Made by a program: the position numbers and the translations under genes. From a virus (Duplodnaviria; Caudoviricetes): a stretch of DNA of 64,000 nt. Below are positions 47,385-57,293 of this stretch, one piece after another (positions within the stretch are counted from its first letter, which is position 1; each line of letters opens with the position of its first letter). The notes beneath the pieces are model-generated. The model ran no database searches. It was given only the letters and a program-made list of their open reading frames with translations, and was not told where the DNA came from. The stretch is from the IMG/VR virus record IMGVR_UViG_3300014204_000002, positions 1-64,000 of that record; one strand, 5' to 3'.

Positions 47385-47674
47385 TATATTAACCCTAATT
47401 CCTTTTCCATAACATACTGTTCAAGTGCTGCTACCCTTTCATCTGGTGTCGGATCCAATGTCACAGCATCATAATAATCAGCATTTTGCAAATATCCACC
47501 ATTTGAGTCGCGCTCTAACAATTGCTCTGAAATATATTTCCAAGCAGTATTTGTAGTTGTATTGAGTAGAAGGCATCCATTTACGTAAACCTTATCAGAT
47601 ACAGTTGATACCTCGTCGAATCCGGGGAACGAATTTATAATTTGTTTTGAATCAACTAAATAAAAAATAATCAT
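47384..47674 (-). CDS. XkdW-like tail fibre assembly protein
   Basis: Follows a fibre gene; C-terminal PTPDERVAALEQ. Confidence 0.6.
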   Translation of the reverse strand: MIIFYLVDSKQIINSFPGFDEVSTVSDKVYVNGCLLLNTTTNTAWKYISEQLLERDSNGGYLQNADYYDAVTLDPTPDERVAALEQYVMEKELGLI

Positions 47675-49821
47675 AACACAACTCCTCCATCGGTCGATGC
47701 TGCCCAGTTTGCCGGACTTATTGGTGTTGTGCCAGAATTAAGACATGATACTGTGTAGATAACTCCTCCGCGTTGTGCAATCATTCCGATCAAAGCGGTT
47801 TTTACATGACTGTAATATACTGGTACGTAACTATCAACAGATTTTATGCCATATGATGTGCCACTCACGGCTGTAATTTCGACGACGTTATATGTGCATG
47901 TCGCGACAGTAGAAGACACCACAATTAATCCATTTGCACTTGTATTTGGACTATATAACCAGCATCTGGTAATAGTGATTCCAGCGGATCCCCCGGATAT
48001 AATAATTGGAAATTGTGAATCAGCACTGCATGTAATGTGGCATGCTCTTATGTCTGGGAGTATAGCACCCGATAAGGTTACTCCAGATCCGGCGTTTGAT
48101 ATGATAAGCCCGGTAACATATACTTTAGATGTGTTAGTAACGGTAACAGATTGTATCACGGTCTTTGCAATCTGATACGTCCATGCCGTAGTAAGTGCTT
48201 TTGCACTGTTTGTTGTAAGAGTGACTTCTGCCCCATCCACCGATGCAACGGTATCAGTAAACGATTCTAAAGGAGCAGACGCAAGAACGGTACTTGTCCA
48301 TTTTGTCATCCATACCGTATCCCCGGCAGAAATTTGGGCTCTGTCAGCATATCCCGTATCACCGGTTCCAAGGTCAAATTTTCCAGTTTTGCTGCTTGCA
48401 TTCGTTCCATACCAGTAATATTCTGCGCGAATTGTGATACTTCCTGCTCCCACGATTCTTTGCACTGATATGTTTTCAGTATATGCAGTAGCACCTTTAC
48501 ACATGATGATTGTTATCGCATGGGCGATAATTTCGGGAAGAGTTGCATATGCTGCCGCAAATGTAGTAAATCCATTTGCTTTAGTTGAGCCATCACCGGT
48601 TCCAGTTGCGTCTTTATACACATACAAAGTTAAGTTAACAGATGTTGAACTGGCTCTGGTTATATCAGTGGGATGAATATGATCTCCCCTTGCTGATTCA
48701 GTGCTCGTGCCTATGGTGGCAGTTCCGTCTATTACTGGTGCTGTTGTGGCAAGAGCAGTGATGTCATTAAACGATGTGCCGATAACTTTTGCAGGAAATG
48801 TAACATTCTTATCCTTGTCCACGGAATAAATCATCTTCTTTTTTGCAGGATATCCTCCGAACCACATGATCTGCATCAGATTTACAGGATACTCAGTAGT
48901 CGATGACGTTACTGAAAATGTAAGTCTTATACTACCACAATAATCGGGACTTTCGTCTGTCGATTTGAATGGTATAACGGTATGAGGAACCCATACATGA
49001 GTAGGCCAGCCACTAGTTGTTCCAGTGCAAATCGTGCCCCATGAAGTACTCGTGTTATTATATGCTTCAATTTTAACCCCGACATCATTTACTCCGGTGT
49101 TAATGTAGAGATATAATGCGTTTAACCATGCGTATGATGCCGAATCCCACGTTAATCGATAGTATCCTGATTGACCTACTCCTGTAATAGGAATAATTTC
49201 GGCATCTCCATCAGCAACTCCTTCGCCGTTTCCAATCATTAACATGCTCAATCTGGACGTAAAGAGGCGAGTAGAAGTTATCCAGGTATTACCGTCAGTT
49301 GATTCTTCCTGTGATGTCGGTGGCACAAATCTTAATTGATTTGGAAACTGGCTGGCGCATGATGCGATTTCTTCAGTTGTTGGTGCTCCAAGATTGCTAT
49401 ATACGGTGTTTATTGCTCGTTTTACTCCTGCTATATCAGGGGCTGTTACGAGTCCGGTAAATGTAGGATTATTAATTGGAGCATATATAGCATTATTAAT
49501 TTTTTGCCATGCGATACCAGAGTACACAATCCAGTCATCTATTCCGTATACTACTCCTGATACAGTTCCTGCTACAGACACAACATAATATTGACCTTGA
49601 TCCGGACTTGCTGGATATGATCCTCCTGAAGCATCCCACGTACCCATAAAATACAACGATCCGTAATTAAATTCTGATAGAGCACTCCAATGATTTGTTC
49701 CATCACCGATTCTGAATGCCTGGTTTGTGGTGTCAAATCCAATCTCTCCTTGCGCTAAAATAGGATTATTAGAAGCCCAATTACTGGCATTATCGCGACG
49801 ATGCTGTATTTTCGTGCCCAT
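47671..49821 (-). CDS. tail fibre/adhesin with Mtd-N domain and C-terminal beta-helix
   Basis: IQHRRDNASNW..NPILAQGEIGFDT...IGDG; Y.GTWDAS repeat; pectin-lyase-like C-terminus. Confidence 0.85.
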   Translation of the reverse strand: MGTKIQHRRDNASNWASNNPILAQGEIGFDTTNQAFRIGDGTNHWSALSEFNYGSLYFMGTWDASGGSYPASPDQGQYYVVSVAGTVSGVVYGIDDWIVYSGIAWQKINNAIYAPINNPTFTGLVTAPDIAGVKRAINTVYSNLGAPTTEEIASCASQFPNQLRFVPPTSQEESTDGNTWITSTRLFTSRLSMLMIGNGEGVADGDAEIIPITGVGQSGYYRLTWDSASYAWLNALYLYINTGVNDVGVKIEAYNNTSTSWGTICTGTTSGWPTHVWVPHTVIPFKSTDESPDYCGSIRLTFSVTSSTTEYPVNLMQIMWFGGYPAKKKMIYSVDKDKNVTFPAKVIGTSFNDITALATTAPVIDGTATIGTSTESARGDHIHPTDITRASSTSVNLTLYVYKDATGTGDGSTKANGFTTFAAAYATLPEIIAHAITIIMCKGATAYTENISVQRIVGAGSITIRAEYYWYGTNASSKTGKFDLGTGDTGYADRAQISAGDTVWMTKWTSTVLASAPLESFTDTVASVDGAEVTLTTNSAKALTTAWTYQIAKTVIQSVTVTNTSKVYVTGLIISNAGSGVTLSGAILPDIRACHITCSADSQFPIIISGGSAGITITRCWLYSPNTSANGLIVVSSTVATCTYNVVEITAVSGTSYGIKSVDSYVPVYYSHVKTALIGMIAQRGGVIYTVSCLNSGTTPISPANWAASTDGGVVL

Positions 49822-49832
49822 GATTTAGCACC

Positions 49833-50639
49833 TTATGCTGAAGATCCACCGTCTATATCTGACCAAGCGGGATTTGCGCCGCTTCCTCCAGTTTTAAATA
49901 CCTGCCCTGCTGTTCCCGGTCCCAGTCTAACATAACCAGTTCCATTGTGATATATTACATCACCCTGTACTGAACTTCCCGGAATTCCAATATACACAGA
50001 AGTCAGGCTTACGGCTCCTGTTAATCCATCGACTGATACTACTGCGTCTGTTGCATCAAGATGATCCCATGTTGTACCATTGTAAACTGCCCAGTCACCA
50101 ACCGAATAAACAACAGTAGAAATTGTTCCTCCAGTTGCACAAACATAGTACCAACCAGTTTCTGGGTTATCTGGATATGCGCCACCTGCCGCACTAAAAG
50201 TTCCCTTGTATTCGAGGGCACCAAGCACTGAATCAGGAAGCATTGTTGCAAACACTTTACCAGAACTATCTAACGGTGCTAATCCATTTGCTACTGCCTT
50301 TGATGCAATAAACGTGTCAATCTGGGCATGAGTATTTGTACCAATATTTGACAACAGCGTGTGGTCAGTTACTCCGGAAGCAGGTGTTGCATTAATCCAT
50401 TTACTGGTTGCAGAATCCCACGTTACTACCTGACCATTTGCAAGGGTGCCATCAGTAATAACAACATCCTGTAACTTATTCAATTTGTTGTCATATAACA
50501 GCGAATTCCAAGGAGTTGAACCATCTCCGCATTTTACGTCTCCTGTATCAGTTTCCCGGCCATATTCGCCTTGTGCAAGCGTAGGATTATTTGAAGTCCA
50601 ATTTGCTGCTGTGTCTCGTCTAATTTGTATTCTTGTCAT
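49833..50639 (-). CDS. tail fibre protein with Mtd-N domain
   Basis: IQIRRDTAANW..NPTLAQGEYG.ETDT...GDG; ANGLAPLDSSGK; ends IDGGSSA. Confidence 0.85.
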   Translation of the reverse strand: MTRIQIRRDTAANWTSNNPTLAQGEYGRETDTGDVKCGDGSTPWNSLLYDNKLNKLQDVVITDGTLANGQVVTWDSATSKWINATPASGVTDHTLLSNIGTNTHAQIDTFIASKAVANGLAPLDSSGKVFATMLPDSVLGALEYKGTFSAAGGAYPDNPETGWYYVCATGGTISTVVYSVGDWAVYNGTTWDHLDATDAVVSVDGLTGAVSLTSVYIGIPGSSVQGDVIYHNGTGYVRLGPGTAGQVFKTGGSGANPAWSDIDGGSSA

Positions 50640-50641
50640 AA

Positions 50642-50791
50642 TTAATCAGTTGAATTTCCACCATCTATAACGCCGAGATCAGAACTAATTGCCTTAATAT
50701 ATATCACCTGATCGTTCCAGTCTTTGGCGTTTAATATTCCATTTACTAAATCCGTTGCGTCATTATCTACTTTTGTTGAATCCCATGACAT
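50642..50791 (-). CDS. 49-aa tail-associated peptide ending IDGGNSTD
   Basis: TAATG-coupled to the upstream gene; LNAKDWN fibre-anchor-like motif. Confidence 0.6.
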   Translation of the reverse strand: MSWDSTKVDNDATDLVNGILNAKDWNDQVIYIKAISSDLGVIDGGNSTD

Positions 50792-51087
50792 TATGGCACC
50801 TCATATGAATCCATTACTTTAAATCGAGATGCAACTCCATACAACACTTTCCCTGTTGGAAACTCGGTATATGCCTGTAGAAAATAGAATCCATCTTCGT
50901 TTAAATCACCGGACACAGAAGTATAAGATAATACACCATTCGTCGGATCACCGTAAACTATAGCAGGCCATGTAGCCGTTTTGTTCGAAGGTTTCTTAAC
51001 CAACAATGCCGTATTAGTGGTGCTTGTTAAATCATATTCTGTAGAAACTTCAAATGTAATTCCGACTGAATTCTTATATATATTCAT
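50791..51087 (-). CDS. BppU-like baseplate/Ig-like protein
   Basis: KKPS..TATW...GVLSY...GDLNEDG.Y.LQ. Confidence 0.65.
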   Translation of the reverse strand: MNIYKNSVGITFEVSTEYDLTSTTNTALLVKKPSNKTATWPAIVYGDPTNGVLSYTSVSGDLNEDGFYFLQAYTEFPTGKVLYGVASRFKVMDSYEVP

Positions 51088-51353
51088 TATGCCTCCTGTA
51101 ATTTACTTATTAATTGAATATTATCACTATAACCGCTACTTAACTCAACATCGTCATTAATCTGACTATTTACCAAGTTACTTCCGTATTGAACTCCATA
51201 TCCAAAGATAGATCTACCGTATACTATTTTTCCAAATATAGCAGCATTGAACGTAGTTATTACATTATTCTCAATTTTACTAGTAATATAAACAGCGTTG
51301 TAAATGTAACTATTCTGTGTAATACTGTCATAAATTCGAGAAATAAAACTCAT
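51087..51353 (-). CDS. structural hypothetical protein
   Basis: FG...YG...FG repeat; coupled within the tail operon. Confidence 0.5.
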   Translation of the reverse strand: MSFISRIYDSITQNSYIYNAVYITSKIENNVITTFNAAIFGKIVYGRSIFGYGVQYGSNLVNSQINDDVELSSGYSDNIQLISKLQEA

Positions 51354-51398
51354 GATAATGCATAAACATTATCATTATAAAAAAGAAATGTGGCTTAT

Positions 51399-51773
51399 CT
51401 ATGTTGGTGATATCGGCCAGATTATATTATCTGGATCAGTTTGTAGAGTAATGTCTCGTAACGATTGACGATATTTTTGCCATGATGCTTTTTCGTCATC
51501 GGTAAGAGGCACATCTGACAATTGAGTCCAATCGCACGCACGTAACATCTCTGTTCGCTGCGATCTTATGGTATTCCATTTCTGTTCTGATGTGGGTGAT
51601 ATCGGAGTAATATTAACAACTACCGGTGTTCCTGACCATTCAAGATACGGAACATACTTTGTAGAGTCTATATATCGCCCATTTTCGATTTCATATATCC
51701 GGTAATACCATCCTCCGGAATATTTTTCGTATTGCTGTCCTGTTTTAGTTTTAGTTGTGTGTTTTTCAAACAT
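51399..51773 (-). CDS. tail fibre assembly chaperone
   Basis: IRSQRTEMLRACDWTQLSD...WQKYRQSLRDI...WP. Confidence 0.9.
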   Translation of the reverse strand: MFEKHTTKTKTGQQYEKYSGGWYYRIYEIENGRYIDSTKYVPYLEWSGTPVVVNITPISPTSEQKWNTIRSQRTEMLRACDWTQLSDVPLTDDEKASWQKYRQSLRDITLQTDPDNIIWPISPT

Positions 51774-51775
51774 GG

Positions 51776-52462
51776 TTATTTCCTCCGCGTAAGAATTGCA
51801 GAATTTCCAGAATATCTATCTATCGTTGATATTCGGATCTCTGAAAGCCGACCATGCATAAAATTCGCAGGTGTCCCTCCGGATGGCATCGTACACCCAA
51901 GGTATAACAATCCTGTAATTTCTGCATATCCTGATATTGTTGTAGGTTCTCCAATTAATGCACCATTAAAATATGTTCTTACTTCGTTTGATGCATTTCT
52001 CACAATTGCCCAGTGATATTTTGTTGCCGTAGAAACTGTTACATCTCTATAATGAGTTGTGGCATTAAAATAAAACCGAAGTGAATATATTCCTGATGTG
52101 TTATTAAGTGTTAAAAATTTTTCATTTCCTCCAGTTGTGGCCCTATGCGCAAAAAATCCCATATATGCGCCTGAACCTGGAAGAGATAAAAAATATGCAA
52201 ATCCCTCGATTGTAAACTCTAAAGGAAGATCGAACTCTGGAGTATCTATGAATGATATAAAATCTCCGCTTCCATCAAATAAACCTGAAGACCCCACAAA
52301 AAACTGAACCGCTTTATTTTGTGTAGTATTTCCCTGCACATTTGTAGTTTTTCCAGTCAGTTCTTTAAATATGGCGCCGTCTCCATTCATTCGAGTGTGC
52401 AACATTGTAAATGCATCAGGCCGTCTGATGCCTGCCCCTACACATCCTGAGGATGCAATCAT
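51776..52462 (-). CDS. LamG/concanavalin-like lectin tail protein
   Basis: FDGSGD, FTIEGF, HWAIVR and GRLSEIRIS. Confidence 0.85.
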   Translation of the reverse strand: MIASSGCVGAGIRRPDAFTMLHTRMNGDGAIFKELTGKTTNVQGNTTQNKAVQFFVGSSGLFDGSGDFISFIDTPEFDLPLEFTIEGFAYFLSLPGSGAYMGFFAHRATTGGNEKFLTLNNTSGIYSLRFYFNATTHYRDVTVSTATKYHWAIVRNASNEVRTYFNGALIGEPTTISGYAEITGLLYLGCTMPSGGTPANFMHGRLSEIRISTIDRYSGNSAILTRRK

Positions 52463-52464
52463 TT

Positions 52465-53355
52465 CTATGCCACCACATAGGTCAGCATTACCGACAAATC
52501 CTGTGCTGTCCCTCCGGTTCCTTTCAGGGCCATAATACCAACAGAATCACCATAACTGATACCATACTTTGTTGTATCAATATCAATGACTGTTGTTTTT
52601 GCTGCGGTAGAATCTATTAAAAGCCCGGAATATGTGTTATAGGTGATAACAGGCGTTACAATCTCGTATACGCTATCAGAACTCGGATTTGTCGTCCATG
52701 TCGCAACCTGCGCAATTTTCGTTGATCCGACATAATCTATGATTTTGCGGCTCTGACCAAACCCGGTTCCTGAAATGATTCGAATCCACATGTTGTTGTA
52801 TGCATCATCACTTGCCGAAGCACCAGACGCAAGAGTGATATGAGTGGCGTCTCCTGCCTGTGCCGTTCCGGTCGCTGTTGCTGCTCCTTGTCTGACGTTA
52901 GCGTATCCATCCGATGAAGAATCCACAACCCGACTATACATGAGAGCACGAACCATATACGCCGGGCCCTGTTGCCAGATGAGTGTTTGGCCTAAATCGT
53001 TGATGAGAAGTGCCGCTTCTGTTGAGTCCTCGTAATAGCCAGGGATAAGAATCGGTAACTGCACAACTCCTGTTTTCGTATAATACAGGTTTGATACGTC
53101 TCCGGATAGTGAAGCCCCTGCAATAGTCATCAGGTTTGATGCCATCCCAGTTATCACGCCATAATACACTGTCCCCCCAATCGTGTATTTGAGACCATAT
53201 CCTGCCTTTATGTCAGCAGTTCGATCACTCGTCATCGTGAGCGTGCTGGTGCTTGCAGGAGTGGCTGTATACCCGGTAGATATTGCAATCCATTGACCGT
53301 CTGATGTAGAAGATTGTTCAGTTGAATATTGTAATCCATTGATATATTTGGTCAT
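52465..53355 (-). CDS. tail fibre/structural protein
   Basis: TGTAQAG...ITLA..AS..DDAYN...IISGTG.GQ.R.I.DY module. Confidence 0.7.
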   Translation of the reverse strand: MTKYINGLQYSTEQSSTSDGQWIAISTGYTATPASTSTLTMTSDRTADIKAGYGLKYTIGGTVYYGVITGMASNLMTIAGASLSGDVSNLYYTKTGVVQLPILIPGYYEDSTEAALLINDLGQTLIWQQGPAYMVRALMYSRVVDSSSDGYANVRQGAATATGTAQAGDATHITLASGASASDDAYNNMWIRIISGTGFGQSRKIIDYVGSTKIAQVATWTTNPSSDSVYEIVTPVITYNTYSGLLIDSTAAKTTVIDIDTTKYGISYGDSVGIMALKGTGGTAQDLSVMLTYVVA

Positions 53356-54869
53356 GCTCTCACCTGTGATTTTAAAGTTTCTATTTCGGCCTTTAATTCC
53401 TGAATTGCTTTAACGAGAACAGGAATAAGTTTTGCTGGTGATAATTCTAATTTTTCCGGGTTATCATCATATACCAGATCCGGAATTGTAATACCAGTGT
53501 CTTCCTCTACTTTTTGAACATCCTGCGCAATGAATCCAGTATCAGGAATACCTATTTTTCCGCCATCTCTCATATTCCAGTCAAATGACACCGGCGTCAA
53601 TCGATTGATAAAATCTAATCCTGCTACGATTGGCTTGATATTTGTCTTGTCGCGCCTATCTGATAACCCGGTAATACTTGTTACCTGACATCGGAGTGTA
53701 GAAATTGAAGAATTTCCAAGAGTTACTGTATTGCTGACAGTTGCACTTGATCCAACTGCGTTATATCCTATAGCCGTGTTATTTGTACCTGTAGTAAACA
53801 AAACTCCTGCAAGGCAGCCAATTCCAGTATTGAACGTGCCTGTTGTAAGTCCTTGTAATGATGCTTGTCCAATGGCAGTGTTATCATAACCACCATTAGT
53901 ATTGTACATCGAGTTTACCCCAATTGCTACATTTTCATACCCGGATGTATCAGTGTGTAGCGAATTACGGCCAATAGAAACGTTAAATCCTCCAGTTAAA
54001 TGAGATTTAAGTGCCTGATATCCGATGGCAGTATTGTAACTTCCACTTGTGTTAACTCGTAAGGCGTAGACACCAAGTGCTGTATTTTCTGTGCCACTGG
54101 TAAGAGCATTTAGTGCTTCTGTGCCTAATGCAAGTGACGATGTATTTGTAATAAGTGGTGTTTGGATCATCGATCTCGTCACAGCGGTCAAATAAGTACT
54201 CGTGTCAAGTGACCAAGTGTTTGCTGCGGTTTTCTTGAGAAATCCAGATGTCCCGGTTAAGTTCCCAATTGCAGTTAGATCTGCATCTACTGGCTGGTAA
54301 ATCCCGGTATGATTGTGACTTGCAAGTGCAGCGTCTGAAATTCCATATCCAGCAAGTGTCGTTGGATTTGTTCCTGCTGTGACTTGGCCCTTTGAATTTA
54401 CAGTAACCGATTTAAATGTTCCTGTAACAGAAACTGTTGGCAATGTAGTCGTAATTGTAGCGTTCGCAGATCCGTCAAATGCTGCTGTTCCTGATATATC
54501 ACCAGATAAAATAATGTTTCGTGCAGTTGCCAATGCTGCTGCTGCTGTGGCCGTGCTTGCGTTCCCGGTTAACGCGCCGATAAATGAGGGTGCTGTAATA
54601 TTACCTGAGTCATCTACGGTAGACAATGAGTCCTGAACCAATTTCCCGGTAGCAGAATCAAATCTTACAATAGCATTGTTCGTTGCTCCAGATGGTCCAA
54701 TTACATCACCAGATCCTGCTTCTCCCAGCGCCGTTAAATCCTTGAATTGTGTGGTGCCGTCCCCGATCTTTAATTGGTTAGTAGTTGAATTATATCCCGG
54801 TTCATTGTCCTGTAAAACATGGGTTGAGTCTGTGACAGTGGTTGCTGCCAGTTTTATTGTATATGTCAT
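53352..54869 (-). CDS. tail fibre with Mtd-N-like start, trimeric beta-roll repeats and peptidase S74 intramolecular chaperone
   Basis: Start moved to MTYTIK (54869); NTAIG repeats; SDRRDK...GFIAQ...LVKAIQEL. Confidence 0.88.
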   Translation of the reverse strand: MTYTIKLAATTVTDSTHVLQDNEPGYNSTTNQLKIGDGTTQFKDLTALGEAGSGDVIGPSGATNNAIVRFDSATGKLVQDSLSTVDDSGNITAPSFIGALTGNASTATAAAALATARNIILSGDISGTAAFDGSANATITTTLPTVSVTGTFKSVTVNSKGQVTAGTNPTTLAGYGISDAALASHNHTGIYQPVDADLTAIGNLTGTSGFLKKTAANTWSLDTSTYLTAVTRSMIQTPLITNTSSLALGTEALNALTSGTENTALGVYALRVNTSGSYNTAIGYQALKSHLTGGFNVSIGRNSLHTDTSGYENVAIGVNSMYNTNGGYDNTAIGQASLQGLTTGTFNTGIGCLAGVLFTTGTNNTAIGYNAVGSSATVSNTVTLGNSSISTLRCQVTSITGLSDRRDKTNIKPIVAGLDFINRLTPVSFDWNMRDGGKIGIPDTGFIAQDVQKVEEDTGITIPDLVYDDNPEKLELSPAKLIPVLVKAIQELKAEIETLKSQVRA

Positions 54870-56434
54870 GAGAATGTTCCTCCATTTATTGTCGTGTCTT
54901 CGGCACCGTAGATTACCCAACTAAATGTAGTATCTGTTGCAAACGCACTTGCTCCTGAAATCGTAAAAGTCGTGGCATTTACATCTGATATTGTGCAATC
55001 CGGAAGAACTTCGAATATTATTGGTATTGCTCCATATCCATGAGTTACAACTTCTGATGTTTCCCCGGTTGAAATAACAGCAGTGCCATATGTAGCAAAC
55101 GATCCAGCACTTGATTCACCAGAATTCATTTCCCAGTTTCCACTAACTCGTTTCAGGAATCCGTCTCCTGATAGTGCCGCAATTGCCGTTAAGTCGGCGT
55201 CTACTGGTTGATATGTTCCTGTGTGCGTGTGGTTCGTATCTGATTTTGTTGCCAATCCTGCAGTTAACGCCTCCACGCTCGCAAATTCATTGGTATCTAA
55301 TTCCCATGTATTTAACGCCGTTTTCTTGAGTGTTCCAGTTGTTCCTGCTAATGCTGCAATCGCAGTCAAATCCAGATCTACTGGTTGATATGTTCCATCG
55401 TGATTGTGAGTTGTAGCAGATTTGGCATCAAGAGCATCCTGTAGATCAGTTTGCCCACTTATTGAACCGGTGATATTTCCCCATTCCAGAGAATCTCCCG
55501 TTGCGAAATTAAGTGTTCCGTCTGCTTCAATCGTGACATTGAGCCCTGCTTTTATTCCACCAACTGCTAAATCTGTTGCGATTGGTAATACAGACGCGAA
55601 TAACGTCCCGCTCGTGATATTACTTGCTACGGTCGAGTCTACGTTAACTACATTTCCAAGAACTAAATCTGCCTTTGTAATAGTCACTAGTGGCCCAGAA
55701 TGTCCATTTACTGATGTTACATATCCAGATGAATTACCAAGTTCGTACCATGACACAGTTGATGTTGCATAAATGCTGCTGACACCTGTGTCAGTATTAA
55801 CCCAGACCCACCCATCTTGAGGATCTGTTGGCGCGACAGTTGTTGGAAATACTGCCGTAATTGAAATTTGTCCAATATACGTGCTTGGAATTTTACTATC
55901 TGCTCCAAGTGGCACGTATCCATTTGCAACTCCTTTACTTGCTGCGTCTTCCGGCGTAAATCCAAGAGCGTCTTGCTTTCCAGTCCATGAAACGATTTGT
56001 GTATCTGTTACGACTCGATGACTTGAATCACTTGAAAGATCAGCAAGTTCGTCTGGTATTGGTAAAGTTATATTAGTTGATAAATCATAACCGTTAATCG
56101 TTCTTGTATTAGGAACTTTTGCAGCCAATACAGCCGATAAATCTAACTGTGCAGCCAGAGTTCCGGTTATACTACCCCATGTGCCGCCTGTTGTTCCGGC
56201 GGCTCCTGCAGGTCCAGTTCCTCCCCTGATAGCAGGAGTTACATCAACCCACGAAGTTGTTGACAATATATATTGGAGTAACGAAGATGTTCCAGTAATA
56301 TAAACCAGTACATCGTTAATTAACTCGCCCGGATTAGTTACAAAATATGCATCTCTGGCTGTTGTGTCAGTAAACACATATTTATCCTGTACCACGATGG
56401 CACTCGCGGTACTAATATTTGGTCTGAATACCAT
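54866..56434 (-). CDS. tail fibre protein with repeated shaft modules
   Basis: WGSITG/WGNITG repeats, short collagen GPAGAAG, H.GTYQPVD.DLTAIAAL x2, H-lectin-like end, C-terminal INGG. Confidence 0.82.
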   Translation of the reverse strand: MVFRPNISTASAIVVQDKYVFTDTTARDAYFVTNPGELINDVLVYITGTSSLLQYILSTTSWVDVTPAIRGGTGPAGAAGTTGGTWGSITGTLAAQLDLSAVLAAKVPNTRTINGYDLSTNITLPIPDELADLSSDSSHRVVTDTQIVSWTGKQDALGFTPEDAASKGVANGYVPLGADSKIPSTYIGQISITAVFPTTVAPTDPQDGWVWVNTDTGVSSIYATSTVSWYELGNSSGYVTSVNGHSGPLVTITKADLVLGNVVNVDSTVASNITSGTLFASVLPIATDLAVGGIKAGLNVTIEADGTLNFATGDSLEWGNITGSISGQTDLQDALDAKSATTHNHDGTYQPVDLDLTAIAALAGTTGTLKKTALNTWELDTNEFASVEALTAGLATKSDTNHTHTGTYQPVDADLTAIAALSGDGFLKRVSGNWEMNSGESSAGSFATYGTAVISTGETSEVVTHGYGAIPIIFEVLPDCTISDVNATTFTISGASAFATDTTFSWVIYGAEDTTINGGTFS

Positions 56435-56446
56435 GATTCATCACCG

Positions 56447-56794
56447 TTAATAGATTCCGGCTCCCATAGTAACAATCAGACCAGTCATTGTAGTAGTGCC
56501 ACTAAATTTCAGATTGACTACCTGATCTTTCTCTAAAAAGTATGTTGCAAGCATCTGGAGTTTTGCTGGGTAGTCCTCGTTTGGATTAGTCAAATAATGC
56601 TTGTATCCACCATCGTCAACGAGATAATACCTACCCGCATCTTCCATCGTGCATTGAATTGTAACAACGGTAACATTGCTATTTGCAATACTTCCCGTTA
56701 TTTCTGCTATGACAGTATCAGCAGTTACCGCAACTGGAGATGTGAGTATGAGTTGAGGGAGATTCCTCAGTTCTGTTACATTGCCTAATACCAT
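56447..56794 (-). CDS. structural hypothetical protein
   Basis: AGGTGA SD; beta-rich 115 aa; first gene of the fibre operon. Confidence 0.6.
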   Translation of the reverse strand: MVLGNVTELRNLPQLILTSPVAVTADTVIAEITGSIANSNVTVVTIQCTMEDAGRYYLVDDGGYKHYLTNPNEDYPAKLQMLATYFLEKDQVVNLKFSGTTTMTGLIVTMGAGIY

Positions 56795-56888
56795 TTATTT
56801 TCACCTATAAGTAAAATATATAAACTTACAATATATAATAAAAGATGCAAAAGATAATTATTTAAGTCTGGACGATCCATTAGATATC

Positions 56889-57293
56889 ATGCAACTCAAA
56901 ATGGCAATTATAGGAACGATTTTAATAATGCTTCTCATTGGAAGTGTATCAGCATATTACTCTCCGTGCAACAACTGTTATGTAACAACTCCAACCATTG
57001 CTCCCGTGTATGAAACAGTTGGTATATCATTTGATGTGAGCCCGGCCTATGTAAAATCTGGGCAGTCTACTCGTCTATCAGGATATCAGACAAGTGGCAC
57101 TACTTTAAGTCCGTTAACTTCATGGCAATTCATGTCTCAATCAGGATCCGATATACAAGTATTAAACGGGCAATCGGTAACATTTAAACCAAAGAAGAGT
57201 GCAGCAACATATTCTATATCGCTAACTGCCAGAGACACGGCGCAAATGCTAAATGGGTACGTGAGATACGTAGGAGTTGTAAGAACCAGATAA
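56889..57293 (+). CDS. secreted protein with PKD/Ig-like domain
   Basis: Signal peptide ending GSVSA; FDVSP...SWQF...YSISLTA. Confidence 0.65.
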   Translation: MQLKMAIIGTILIMLLIGSVSAYYSPCNNCYVTTPTIAPVYETVGISFDVSPAYVKSGQSTRLSGYQTSGTTLSPLTSWQFMSQSGSDIQVLNGQSVTFKPKKSAATYSISLTARDTAQMLNGYVRYVGVVRTR

